Positions 36,053-49,075 of a DNA stretch of 64,000 nucleotides are shown one piece after another. The position numbers and the translations under genes are program-made. A model generated the notes under the pieces. That model was not told the origin of the DNA. It was given only the letters and a program-made list of their open reading frames with translations, and did not search any database. The DNA is from Sphagnum compactum. Taxonomy: Eukaryota. Where the stretch lies: assembly GCA_965153455.1 (NCBI GenBank), contig OZ234493.1, positions 1,984,001 through 2,048,000 of the forward strand, given 5' to 3'. The first letter of the stretch is position 1; each line of letters starts with the position of its first letter.

Positions 36053-38302
36053 CGGTCTTTCTGTGACCCCACCCACACTGCCCTTTTTGCTTACCTTTGC
36101 TCTCTAAATAAGAGAACAATGTTAGGTGTTAGCAGCTCTTATTTATGTGGAAATGCTTGGATTCTTTTCCAATCCTATCCTCACATCGGCAATGTACTTC
36201 AAGTTCCTGCAGAGGATGATCAGTAGGTTACATGTTAGTCTGGATTTGACCTTCAGATTTCAGTACTCGTGTGGTCTTTGGCAAGACAAATGTTATTGTC
36301 ATGCTCAATGCAGAGGACTTTGATAAGGTTTTGTGCGGTATATAGGTTGTTAAGTTGCTGGGGCAGGTTTAGGATGGGATATGTTCCTCAAGGGCTATGG
36401 CTGTTCCTTGCGGGAAGCAATTGAAAGCCTTTTTGTATGGTGAGGCTGTTGATAAAATCATGGCCTTATTTTCCTGTAAAGTCAAGTTATCTCTTTCTAA
36501 TTTCCTTCATTGCAAGACCCATGACTCTTATGAAATCCTGTTTTCACTCATTGTTTTGAGCTTATTCCTTCACAATTTGAAAAGTCTATTGTTTAAGAAA
36601 TTAATTGAATTTTCTGCAACTTTTGAGGGAGGCCTCAAGGCTCAAAGAGGAGGCTTGTCTTGAATTCTTATAACACCCAACATCACATTTATCATCTATT
36701 TTTTGAAATGCTTGATCCTTGACAAGATCATCCTTGGAATTTTATCATGTATCATCATTTTCACCAAAATTAGACAATCTTTTATGCCTGGCTCTTATGA
36801 ATGTAATATAGTGTATAACATGTACTGGTGCCCTTCACAACCAAGTGAATATGTACAGTATATACTACATCTTCCCCATGTGTACTCATAGGTTGCAACA
36901 AATGTAGAGTAGGTGGGTTGTGATTTTGCACTTCTTCCAAAGAAAAAGTGTTAGACAATTTCTATTTTGACAATATTATATATGTCAAGGAATCTAGGTT
37001 AAACCGATCACAACCCGAATTGGCACTTAGTTATCCCCACAACATATCTTGCAACAAGTTACCAAACCCAACATGTGAGATCAACTAATGTGGAAAGACC
37101 CAACAAAATGTCATACATTTGATGTGTGAACCATTGGTCAAACATGTAGCTCGACTAGGTGAAATCTGGACCTCCTATTATTATTAGATCTCAAGAGTTG
37201 CATGCAAGTGTCAGTAGAGGGGCTGTGGGTGAGATAGCCTCCTACCATGAGAGGGACTTGCTCTCTCTCCTTTAGTTCCTGTGGGCTGTGTGTCTTTTGG
37301 CCTTTCTCTGGCCTTCCATGTGATGATGGTTCCAGCCATTGATTTTTTATTGGATTTTTTTTGATCTGTTGAAATCTGGCCCATTAGTTTCATATGTGTA
37401 CACATGATCTACACAAGGCCGATCCAACAATCCTTTACCTCGTAGGGTGGCTACCATGTGATCTACCCATCATCATGGGTCTTGGGGTCTCCAAGTGCCT
37501 AACAATGCAAGAGTCATGAAGATGAGGAAGAACACGGGGAAAACTCTCAAAGACTCTAAGTTTGGTAGAGAATGAAGAGAAACAAAGCTCCTTGGGCAAG
37601 TCCTTTGCAAGCTTTAACAGTTCATAAAGACCTCCTCTGATTTCTCTAGAGTATCTAGAGAGTGCCTGGCAATGCACGAAATCTCAACAAAGTCAGGTAT
37701 CGCAGGAAAAAACTACAAAAACAAAATGTGAGGTTGCTATTTACAACTTCGTAAAGCAAATGATCAAAATCAGGCTGTGTTCTTATTTCAGCAATGGCCT
37801 CACCCTTGTGCTTTACCTTACACTAAATGCACTGAGCACAAATTTGATTTGACAGTAAGTATATTGTAAAATCTTTGCTCAAATCACATCCCCAACTTAT
37901 ACTAGTCACTTGCATTTCATACATACAAAAAACAGAAGACCTGCTTCTGGTACATACTAAAAACAAACGATCGACAGTTCTTAAGTACATTGCGCAATCA
38001 AAGTAGCTCGTGTACCCACAACCAATATTTCCTTCAAGCTCCAAGCTTGGAACTGTTACAAGAAATTCTTTTGTCAGTCAATCTCTCACTCAGAATGCTG
38101 CTGTACTGAAGAACAATTTTCTCATATCTCCACTTGGTACAACACCATACCCCAGCTGCTCTAAGTGGGAGAGAGACACAATGTCCACTAGGACTGAAAC
38201 TGGTCCAAACTTGATACAAAGCTTGCACTTGGACACCCCTGCCCACCCATCCTGTTTACAACAAATCTGCTGCTACTACTCTCAAGACCAATAGCTTGGC
38301 AA

Positions 38303-39031
38303 CTAGTGGGATAAGTGGACTCTCCAGTGGAAGGAATAGGCAGGTGGGTGGGGTGGACAATTCTCCACTATAGCATAGCCTTTTGCACCACGGAAGTTGC
38401 CAGTTCCACCAAGCACAATGAGCTCATAGGGAGCCACAGCTCCACCCACGTTGCCAGAGAAAGTGAGGCTTCCAGGTCCAAACTGGGAGTCTTCATTGAA
38501 AGTGATTTTGCTCATGAGCTGAAGCCCTTCCTTGAACTTCTCATCAGTGATAGATCCATGGCCTCTCTCTCTCCCAACAAGCTTACTGTCTCTGCTTCCA
38601 CCTTCACGCACATCGTTGTCGAAAACAAACATAGACCCATATCCTGGCAACTTCAGCTCGTGATGCCCAGTGCCTGCGTTCAGCATTACAGTAGTCCCTG
38701 GCCCAATCCGAACTTCATGCACATAAAACTCCAACACTGTCTCTTTGGAAGTATCCGTTTTCTGCTCCAGTGAGACGAAATACTCCTTCAGGTCTGCTCC
38801 TACCCCAGCCATTGCAGACACTTTCTTTCCTGGAGCTGAATCCAGCTGCTGAAGCTTTTTCTTCTGTACTGAACTCAGACTTCGAGAGACTCCGCGACAT
38901 GGTGAACCCAAAAACTCCTTTTGGATACAAGCTCGACTCGGCTTGCTGCTGCTGCCAAGCTGCTGGTTTGGGAATGCAAACGAGCTCTTATGTGCGACAA
39001 GCGTCGTCGTCCCAGCCATGACAGTCGCCAT
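38303..39031 (-). CDS. Dirigent-domain protein with an N-terminal plastid transit peptide-like extension, 242 aa, intronless CDS
   Basis: Dirigent motifs LEFYVHE, YGSMFVFDNDVREG, SKLVGRERG and ELIVLGGTGNFRGAKGYA. ATG is at 39031. A 5'UTR intron is predicted at 39092-39758 (CAG|GTATGA ... TTTCCAG|G), with TATATA at about 39950 on the minus strand. Confidence 0.88.
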   Translation of the reverse strand: MATVMAGTTTLVAHKSSFAFPNQQLGSSSKPSRACIQKEFLGSPCRGVSRSLSSVQKKKLQQLDSAPGKKVSAMAGVGADLKEYFVSLEQKTDTSKETVLEFYVHEVRIGPGTTVMLNAGTGHHELKLPGYGSMFVFDNDVREGGSRDSKLVGRERGHGSITDEKFKEGLQLMSKITFNEDSQFGPGSLTFSGNVGGAVAPYELIVLGGTGNFRGAKGYAIVENCPPHPPAYSFHWRVHLSH

Positions 39032-40676
39032 GAGCTCCGATGCCAACCTCACCAAATGCAAAGAACTCCACAACCAAAACACCCACAATACCTGGAAATC
39101 GAACCATGTACGAATTGGTTAGGATTATATCCTTGGATCTGGTGGAGAGATGAGCTCACAAAACTATAATGGTTCCAAATTCTCTGGACAAAATTCAAAC
39201 AAGCTCTTTCCTGCAGGAGCTCAAGCTGCTCAAAAACCATTATGATCCAAAACTAATTTCCAAACTCAGCTCTTTCCTGCAGGAGCTCAAGCAAATCTGC
39301 TCAAAAGAAGCAACAATATTGAAAAAAAATCTGATCCCACCAACCCAGCAAAGTTCAATACCGAAGAGTTTCGCAAAATCAAAAAGAGTGACAGTGATGA
39401 TGCAAACCAAGAAGCTTCAACATAACCAGTTCAGTAGATCCATCTGTATTGCACCTTGACAGCAAACAGCCATGGAAGCACAGATGCACAAAAGACTGCA
39501 ACCCATTCATAAAAAACTTCACCAAATCTCATGCACTAATCATCAAAACTCCTTCACCAAATCTAATGCACTAATCATCAAAACTGATTCATAAAATCTA
39601 ATGCACCAATCATCAACACTTTGAAGCATATGATATCATGATCTCTAAGGTTCATGAGATAGATATGTACAACACCCAAGAAAACCCATTTGCAAAAAAA
39701 AAAAAAAAACACAGAAAGAAAACTTTTGGTGAAGTAGTAGCAGTAGTAAAACTCATACCTGAGCAACAAGAAGAGCAATTTGAGGCCACTGGGCCTGGCT
39801 AATGAAGCAAAACTCTTTCAAATCACAAAATCTGTTTCACTCTCTACTTGATGTACTTTCTTTTGTGTGTCTGTCTTCAACCAAAAAGAGTGTGAGAAAG
39901 AACAGAAATGAAGAAGAATGGTGATACACTTTTGCACTAAATACATACATATAATACCTTTTCTTATACTTGACACTTTCTACTCCCATTGCTCTAACTC
40001 AGTATCTAGAGATGTATTAGTAGTACCTTGTTGTTGTTTTTTTTTTTTCTTTCACCCCCCCTTTTCTTTTGGGGAGGAAAGCTTTGAAATTTGCACCCAT
40101 TTGCTCAACTACACTAAAGTTAATCACTCGTGATGCACACTTTTTTTGTACCATTTGAAGAATTCCAATGGATAAGATTGACACTTGTATTAGTTATTGG
40201 GAGGAGTGCTCTTGTATCAAGATATGTAAAAAAAACCTTTGCCTCTATGATTTTTTGGCCTTGCCTTGGTAGGCAAGGATATTGTGTTCAGATTCATTAT
40301 AGAGTATACCTAGTAGCTTGAATAATGGATTTTGGCCCCTACTAGGTAATAATAATAGGTCTATTTTTATTATATGAGGATTTTTGAAAGATGATATATT
40401 TTGGCTTGTGTTGAAACTTGAGATTTGTTATAATAGAGTTATAATAGCTTGAAGGATTTTGGTTTCTTTTAGAGGAATTTTTGAAGGTTATAACTTTTGT
40501 ATGGTGAAATATTTGAGTTTCCATAATTCTTCTTTTACCTTAAGATACTTTTAAATGTAAATGGCAAGGCCACAGTGTGTGACAAACCCCTGGTTTACAA
40601 TTGTGGGAGGTAATTTGGGCTCTTTGTGCCTTAACATCTATACCAATATATCAAAGTTATCCATAAAGTCACTCTC

Positions 40677-40878
40677 TTTCACACCCTATCCCCTCTTTCA
40701 GTGGTATCTGCAAAGTAAGGAAATTTTATTAAATCTCAGTATGAAATGCTGAAACCCAGCATTTAATGCACGAGATTCGAGAGTAATTATAGTAATTGTA
40801 CAGGTAGGAGTACTGAAGATATGCAGGAGCAGTGGAGGCTATCAGGAAAAATGAAAGAGGGGATGAAACTCAGTTTAC
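40677..40878 (+). repeat. Diverged ~200-bp direct repeat, copy 1 (copy 2 at 42076-42293)
   Basis: CCCTATCCCCTCTTTCAGTG...GTATCTGCAAAG...TATGAAATGCT...CAGCATTTAATGCAC...AACTCAGTTTA is shared with 42076-42293. Confidence 0.85.
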
Positions 40879-41119
40879 TACCAAAATTAGTGGAAAAACT
40901 AGTTAGATAATAATAATGCCCATAATTGTTAATGTAGTCAGTACAAGAGTGGAATGTTGCGATTCCTTTTCCCCGAGTCTGCCCTTTCCTCCCTTTTTTT
41001 TTTTTTCCCCACCTCGGCATTTCTAAACATGTTTTTGATCCATGTTAATACATGTTTTAAGTATGTTAGGGGTGCAAAGGGTTTGTTCTCTCCATTTTTC
41101 TATGGTTTCAAGTGGTTCA

Positions 41120-41154
<35 letters not shown>

Positions 41155-42075
41155 CAACTAATTATTATTCAAAATAATTATATTTCAACACCTTTTCAAG
41201 TTATGTAGTAAAATCAAATTTGAGAATTACATAAATAATGATGAACTATTGGAAAACCATATGAGATCATATGAGGGAGATTAAGGGAGGGGGGCCAGGG
41301 GTATATTATTAAATTGATAAACCTATATCTCCATTATCAGTATTCTTATTTTTTTAGGGTTTCAATATAGAAATGTTGAACTTATCATGGTCTTACAATA
41401 AGAACCTAACTTGACATACTGTAAATTCTCCCTTTTGCTTATTCCCTCGTGCATTTTTCAAATCTACAATGTGTTTATAAAGAAAGTTTTGCAAGGTTAC
41501 ATCTAACTTGTTTGTTTCACACTTTTCAAGAATAACCTCAAGCAACTTAATCTATCTTCCTCATAGCTTTCCATGCATCTTACAAATTTGTAAGGTCCTG
41601 ACTCCTGACTATGTAATAGCAAAAAAAAAAAATTTGGTTTGCTTTACATCACTACTGGGCATAAACAACCTTCGAGAAAATCTCTAGTGTATTTGGAGGG
41701 TGGATTATGTTTTGTAATCAGGCTTACGAAATGTTCCTTAAAGGAGATAGCGTAATTTCGTAAGATCTCTAGGGTGAAAGACGTAACTTAATCAAATTGC
41801 TGAAAGGAAAGCGAATTTTTTCATAAGGCGTTATAGATTACTTCAGTTGTTACGCAGCGTAAGTAGGGAATTATCATGTCCACCCTCTGTGCTCACACAG
41901 TAATTCTCTGACAGAAAGGACTTACCGTATACGTAACTCTTGATGTAAAATATTCCATAACCAGATTCCCAAGGAATATTTTCATTGTAAAAAAAAAAAA
42001 AAGGAATTTCTATTAGGGCATATTATATTGTCAAAAGTCTCAAGCCTCTTTGGACCTGGTCATGAAAATTGACCT

Positions 42076-42293
42076 TTCACCCCTATCCCCTCTTTCAGTG
42101 CCAAGTGCCAAGTGGTATCTGCAAAGCAAGGAAATTTTTTTAAATCTCAATATGAAATGCTAAAACTCAGCATTTAATGCACAAAGTTCAGACTACTTAT
42201 AGTAGTTGTACACGTACGAGCAGTGAAAATATATGCAGCAGGATATGAGTGGAGGCGCTCAAGAAAAAGGAAAGACAGGATGCAACTCAGTTT
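42076..42293 (+). repeat. Diverged ~200-bp direct repeat, copy 2
   Basis: Same blocks as 40677-40878, plus a local GTGCCAA duplication near 42099-42112. Confidence 0.85.
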
Positions 42294-43260
42294 ATCGCAA
42301 AAAAAAATGATGGATTTCTGAGTTTCACCCCTCATTGAATGCTAATGTATTTTGTTGTAAGTTTTTTTTTGAAACCTTACACCCCATCTACGACCAAACT
42401 CAGGGTGCTCGTGCTGCGTTTTCCTTACTCCATGAATAACTTCATTATACTAGTCTGATCTTGGTGCAAAAATGAAACACCAAATTGAAATTGGGTCCTC
42501 GAGAAGAACTGAACCTGTAGCTACTGCAGTTGTCAAAAGGTTGGCAGTAAATGGAATCATGAAATCTCTACTAATGCAGATCAGAGATGGGTTTAGAGTT
42601 TAGAAGATATGTAAGTAGGTGGTGCAGATGCACTGACCACTATCCTCTATCTAATTTCCTCTATGCCGCAAACGACAAGCTAAAAATGAAATGAAGCTGG
42701 GTACCTCACATGGCAGAAGCTTTGTGGCAGCTTGAATGAATATACTAGGCTAGTGACCTTCTTCAATTCATATATATATATATATATCTTGAGTGCTAGG
42801 CACCATCATGACTCAGTCTTTCTGTTGCTTCTAGAAAATAAAATTTCCAGACTGATCTAAGTAATCCATGCATTGTAAGATTGCATTACATTGATGAACT
42901 GGTATCAAAAGATGTGTGTATGATCCTTTATGTCTTTCAACTAGTATATATATAATCATTATGGATATATTAATGTAATAACTAATATGTCTGAGCCGTG
43001 GCCGGGCAGTCCCAATTCAAATTTTCTATAGTTAAGGATAATTATATAGAGAGTGCACTTTGTGTTGTGAACCTATTGCAATAATACCTATCGGTTGTGA
43101 GTTCTATTGTTTGGTAAATGCTATTCTTTTTCTTTTTCTCTTTTTTTGTGGCCAATTTTTTTTGAAAATTAATTAAACATTGAACATCATCAATCAGAGG
43201 TAAATGGTATTGAGGTAAAATTTGACACTAAGTTGAGTATCTATTTAATACTGTAGTTGA

Positions 43261-43410
43261 TATCATTGTCAACACCAGAGCTAATGGTCCTTACCGGTGT
43301 TGTTGCCTCGACTTTATTTTAGCGACAAGTCTGTAATTATCAACACCAGAACGTCACCAGAACTAATGGTTCTGACTCATGTTGCTTTGAAGTTATTTCA
43401 GTGACAAGTC
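43261..43410. repeat. Two diverged ~75-bp tandem copies
   Basis: CACCAGA..CTAATGGT...TGTTGC...TTATTT.AG.GACAAGTC occurs twice (43261-43330 and 43338-43410). Confidence 0.7.
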
Positions 43411-44641
43411 GTAAATGCCACGCAAATGCCACACAAACTGGCCAGTGTTGAGTGGTTATTAGAAACAGGAACAGACCCATCCCCTATCTATCTATCCCCC
43501 CACCCCCTTTATAGAAGGTGGCAATCAGAGAGGCCTATGAAAAAACAGTTGAACACTGAGGTATAGCCTCCCACACAAAACACGCCTTCACACACAAAAC
43601 AAAGCATCGGCTAACTTTTTTGATTCCTATTGGGGTTAATTTGACACTTGTGTCAGTGGCATTGTGTCTATCACTGACACAGACTCACACTCAATTGTGT
43701 CCAAAACATTTATGCAAAGCTTCAGAAGGCAACAATTGAAGTGTGAAGCCAATTGTGGGAAGCTGAAGTTTGACACAGTTCCAGGACAAAGACCAAAAGT
43801 AACATAAGTGGGTGCGCAATAGTGCGGCACGCTTTGCTTGCTTGCTTGCTTGCAGTTTTGTCTTAACCACCATCCCCAAGCAGTGTTTTCTTCCCTTGGG
43901 ACATGTGAAATGCAACTAAGGGCAAAATGCATGGAACTATGTCAATTGTTGTGACATGAAGGTAAGCAAACAATTAAATTATAATGGAATTCAAATGTTG
44001 TGGGGGAATAGCTTGGTTGACATGTATGTATGCAAAATGTGGGAACACGTTGGATGCTTGGAGAGTGTTTAATAAGATGCCATCTAGAAATGTGGTAACA
44101 TGGACTAGATGCATGAGCTAGGCCCTTAGTTTTCCATTCCAAAACCCTAATGTCTTATTGTTATGCAATCATGCAAAAAGGGTAGGCTTTTGTTGCTTTT
44201 GAGAAACTAGAAGGAGCTTATTCTCCAGGGAAATTCTAAAACATTGACATATTATATTAAGGAGGTCAAGTGCCTTCATAGACATGCACGTAATGTTGAG
44301 CCACAATCAAAATCATTGGGTCTTTGGGAATGCAAAAAAAAAACATTGATTTTTTTGGATGAAAATTAACAACTTGTAGGACATGAGGGTGATAAATATT
44401 TGTTGAGTTTTAGTTCAAATTTGGGATGGTCCAATTTTGGCAACAAATTTCAACAAACACTTCCAAATTTTGCAAGCACATCTAGCCTTTGCATTTTTAT
44501 GTTTGTGTTTTTGTCAAGTTTAAAATGTTAACTAGAAGAAGAAGGTTATAATCCATATGAATATCAATTGCAGGACTTATAGGTGTGATTAGAATTTAAG
44601 GTGATTGTTTTCATTTTAAATCTCCCTTGTTTGAACTTGGT

Positions 44642-44840
44642 CATAAGGAGGTGAAGCTATTAATTTATGTAATGACCTTTTTATTACACCTTCTTTATTG
44701 ATGTCCTTTTTTATTTTATACCTTGGGTGAACTAGTGCACTTACATAAGGGGGTGAAGTTATTAACTTATGTAACGACCCTCTTATTACACCTTTATTGA
44801 AGCCCTTTTTGACACATTGAGTGAACTAATGCACTTACAT
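44642..44840. repeat. Tandem duplication of ~100 bp, 2 copies
   Basis: CATAAGG.GGTGAAG.TATTAA.TTATGTAA.GACC...GTGAACTA.TGCACTTACAT at 44642 and 44743. Confidence 0.85.
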
Positions 44841-47800
44841 TAATACCATGTTAAAAACCTTGAATTTGAAGAAAATAATTCTAACCATGGTAAATATCTT
44901 GTTCTAGAAATAAAACAAGGTTTGCAAGTTCAAATTTAACATGTCTTGAATTAAATATGGTCATTAAAAAGCCTTTGTAGAATTCTTTTTCAATTTTTTG
45001 AAGGGGTTAAGGGCTTAAAGTTTAAAATTTTGTCACTTGCAACAGTTAAGGAACATATAACCCAGTTCATAACTTCCTAGTCCTAGCCATCTCCACTTGA
45101 TCTTGCAGCTTGCGCAACAAAATCAACAAAGAATATGAACCTTCAAACACATATCCTTCCTAGAAGGAAAAACACAAGTACTTATCTCATAACAACAACC
45201 TCCACTCATCACAATCCCCTGACACCATTTATCTCTTCCACTTGTCCTTATCTCCATTGCCGTATCCTTGACACCAACATCATCACCAAATTTTCAAGCA
45301 CAAACAACAACCTAGAAAAAGAAAGACACAACTTAGCCTACATCATTCTTAAAACTTATCAAATGGCATAGGACCACCATCCTTGTTGTTTTTTCAAGAG
45401 TGCAAAGACAAAAAAATCAAGAGTAGGTGATTATGCCTGCTGGGTGAAGAGGGTTTTACTTATTGACAGGTACTTCTCATGAGTGTCTTTGGATCGTCAA
45501 TTTGTATAGAACTAAGTTAGGCATTTAAATACTTTTTATGAAAATTACATTATAAGGCATTAGTAATTTTTGTCTAGTGTTGACTATCAACGTCCAATTT
45601 GAAAATAATTCATTTCAAAATGAAGTCAAATAATTGCAATTTTGTGTTAATCATTTGGATATTCGATGATTTTGGGCCTCAAAAAATGTTGAGTTAAGTA
45701 TAAATATAACATTTAAGTCCAAATTTAATTAAATATTTATTACATATGAATCTCCTTTTATACACCTTAATGTTTTACACCCTAAAATGATTAATTGTTT
45801 CATTGACAAAGGTCGATTCCTTCATGGCAATCATCCAATTATGTTCATTATCATGAATTCAAAATGAATTACAAAATTATTCTTACTTCATTTTTAACAA
45901 TTAACATTTAATAAATATGTAAGCCAAAGCAACTAAATTAACCAAGCCAACATGTGGACACATTAGTCAAATTAACCAAATCAAAGTCACATTATTACTA
46001 TGAATAACTACTACCATAGTATTTTTACCACTTCAGCAATAAATTGTTGAACATTTATTTAAATTTGAAATTTTAATGTCGACACTTTGTTTTTTACTTC
46101 TAAGATTTTTGGTAGGTAATGGTTATAGGAAATAATAAAAAGGGTTTCAATAATGTTATGGAATAACTTTGTGTGTCTAGATTGCTTTAGTTTTAAATCA
46201 TTGTTATGGAAGGTTTACAATTCAAAACCTAATAGTTGAACTTTTAAATTTATTAAAATTTCAACACAAATAATGAATATTTTTTCATAAGTTCAACAAT
46301 TTTTTTTTAAAAAAATTTATGCTGAAATGATAAAGGTACTATGGTATGTAACTAAATTTCAACTTGGAATTTGAAATTTGAAAATACGAAATTTGAATGA
46401 AAAACGCCTAAGTAGGTGACATATGGTAGTGCAACAAATCTCCCCCTTGGCATCAACTACCTTCATGCACCTACGCATTTTGTCAAGAAATTCAAAATGA
46501 ACTAGAAAGGAAAATGTCTTTTTCTATAAGCATTTTGTGCATTTCAAAGTCTTTTGGCAATGCAATTATCATATCATTTGTTACATAACTAAGAACTTTT
46601 TTTTCTATTTTAAAAGTAAAGCAAAAAGGTTGTTACAAGTATTTTTATTTATTGAAAAAACTTGACGGCATTTATGATGATTTTTTTTGTTATTGTGCTA
46701 CAAGGTCGAACTTTGATAATGTTTAAATCCGTCAAAATCAAAGTTGTGCATTTAAGATAGATTAAACAAATAAAATGGTGGTTTTATTTGAAAAAATATA
46801 GTCTCAAATAAAAAAACATATGCATGTGATGTTGTATAATTTGTTCACATTGTTAATAATTATGTTTTTGAATTTGTGTTGTTTATTGTGTAGTAATCCA
46901 AACCAATATATGCAATGACGCAAATTCCAAAACAACAAAGTTGAAGTAATAAACCAACTATGGTGAATTATAATTTCAATACTCCAAATATGTGATGCAT
47001 TTTATTTTGAAAACAATCATTGTATGCTTAAGTATTAAGCTAATTATAGTTTAATTTGTATCAATGTTATGTACGTTGCATTTTAGTGAAATCAAATAAG
47101 TTATATTAGTGGCATTACAATTGTAAACTAATTTTATTTAAATTGAAAGGATGAACATCTAGATATTTTTTACATTAAAATTTTATTGATCTCATTTCAT
47201 ATGTGACATTGAATATTGTAATACAACAGATTCCAAACAAACAAAATAGAATGAAAAATCATTGTTCAAGTTCCGTTTCAACAAAAAGAAAATAAAAAAT
47301 ATTAATTTATTTAAATATAATGTTTTACATAATAATATTTGATTGTTGTAGTTTACCATTTTTGTGATGACCTTTTGTTTAAGCAAAGGAATATTTTTGT
47401 ATAAATATTTTGGGTAATATTTATAAATTTATAGTCAAATTATATTTTAGTAAAATTGAACGTGGGTTTTTTGTAATCAATTTCCAACCTCAAATGCCAA
47501 TGCACATATTTCAAATTCATTTCATGTTTATAAACAGTGATGGAATGTAATTTTGCATTGTTTATCATAATTTGGATAATGATAATGTGTGTGCAAGGTT
47601 TACACATTTGTACTAATAGTTGCAATTTAGTTATCTAGTACAACTAAAATCAACTACCATACAACTACATTGGAACCCACAATTAAACACTTAGTTATAA
47701 AGGATATCAATAGACTTTGTTTGTTAAAGTATGAATGATAAATCATGTAAAAGGTTTGTTGATGGATGATTGAAACAAACAAAATCATTCAACATTAAGT

Positions 47801-48569
47801 TTGTCAATGGAAGAATAAAAAATCATACAAACATTAAGTTCATCAATGGATGAACCTACCTATTAGTTATTCCATAATAGTCATTAGTTGCCATTTGCAA
47901 ATTTTATAACTTTGAGGCAACTACAGTGAAGTTGCCAAATTTTTCCCAATTTTTTTGGGGAAAATGTTGCCATAGGCTTGTTTATTAGTTATGATTTTAA
48001 TGGTCATGTATAAAATTGTTGTCAATGAAGTCAAAATTTGTCTTGGAGGCTTACTACTATTGTTACACTACAAGATTGAAGGAAAAAAAAATCAATCCAT
48101 GTTCCAATATAAGGTCAATTGTGTTGCACATGTTTTTTTGTTTTGGAGCTTTCATTCTTTTGGGCAAGGTTATTTGAATAGCCATTTCATAGATGAATAA
48201 TGAAAATTTCCTTGAATGGCAATTTGACACCATGACATGTTTGGTAGATCGATTTGGATAAAATAAGGATAATATAAGATATTGTGTATTGCAATTATTA
48301 TCAAAATTGACAATTATATTGACAACAATGTCAATTGATTAAGATTAATCACGACAACAAATCATGGCTTATTTGACTGGAAAACTAATCATTTTGACAT
48401 TTGACCAATTTGACCATTTAGTCATACTGGATAAGTCGATTTGAACATGTCCAACTTGACTAATGATTTTTTAAACTAACCATAAGATGATCTTTTTGAT
48501 TAATCAAATTGGACGAAAATTTGGGTAATTCAAATTTTAAATATAAAAATGTAATAAATAAATTTAAAA

Positions 48570-49075
48570 TACCTACCCACCCACCATGGCTTCCTACCTA
48601 CCTACCTATCCACAACCCACCTAAATATTATACATTTACACACATGTACAAGGTATATATATGAATATACATATTCCACATAATATATGTTTGGTTCCAC
48701 ACCAATGTCTTAACCATCAAATCATCACACCACTTTATAAAACAATACAATACCAAATGCATGTAATATGTTTCCTTAAACCTCAATGGATTTTTTTGTC
48801 ATTGTGTACATCTATGTAGATAGGTAGGTAGACATGCCTACCTACCTATGTTTTTAGATGTACATACCTACTCATGTAAAATATAGGTAGGTATGTAGGT
48901 AGATAAATAAGTAACTTTGGTAGATGGTAGGTAGGTAGATGGTAGGTAGGACATAGATAGATAGGTAGGTATAGGTAAAACATATTTTGGTAAGTAGGTA
49001 GGAAAGATGTAGGTAAATATATGTTAGGTAAGTAGGTAGGTAGGTAACTTAGTAGGCATAATAAGTAGGTTAGCT
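48570..49075. repeat. Degenerate (CCTA)n / (TAGG)n simple-sequence tract
   Basis: CCTA-rich 48570-48620 followed by TAGG-rich 48815-49070. A similar tract with the polarity reversed is at 52005-52560. Confidence 0.7.

Noticed and set aside
38303-39031. Calling the dirigent-like gene allene oxide cyclase
   Set aside because: AOC-specific motifs (VYEINE.DR.SP, LGDLVPF.NKLY, YFGDYGH) are absent and the dirigent motifs fit better.
38315-39169. Plus-strand ORFs 38315..38773, 38770..39021 and 38921..39169
   Set aside because: These are antisense shadows of the dirigent CDS.
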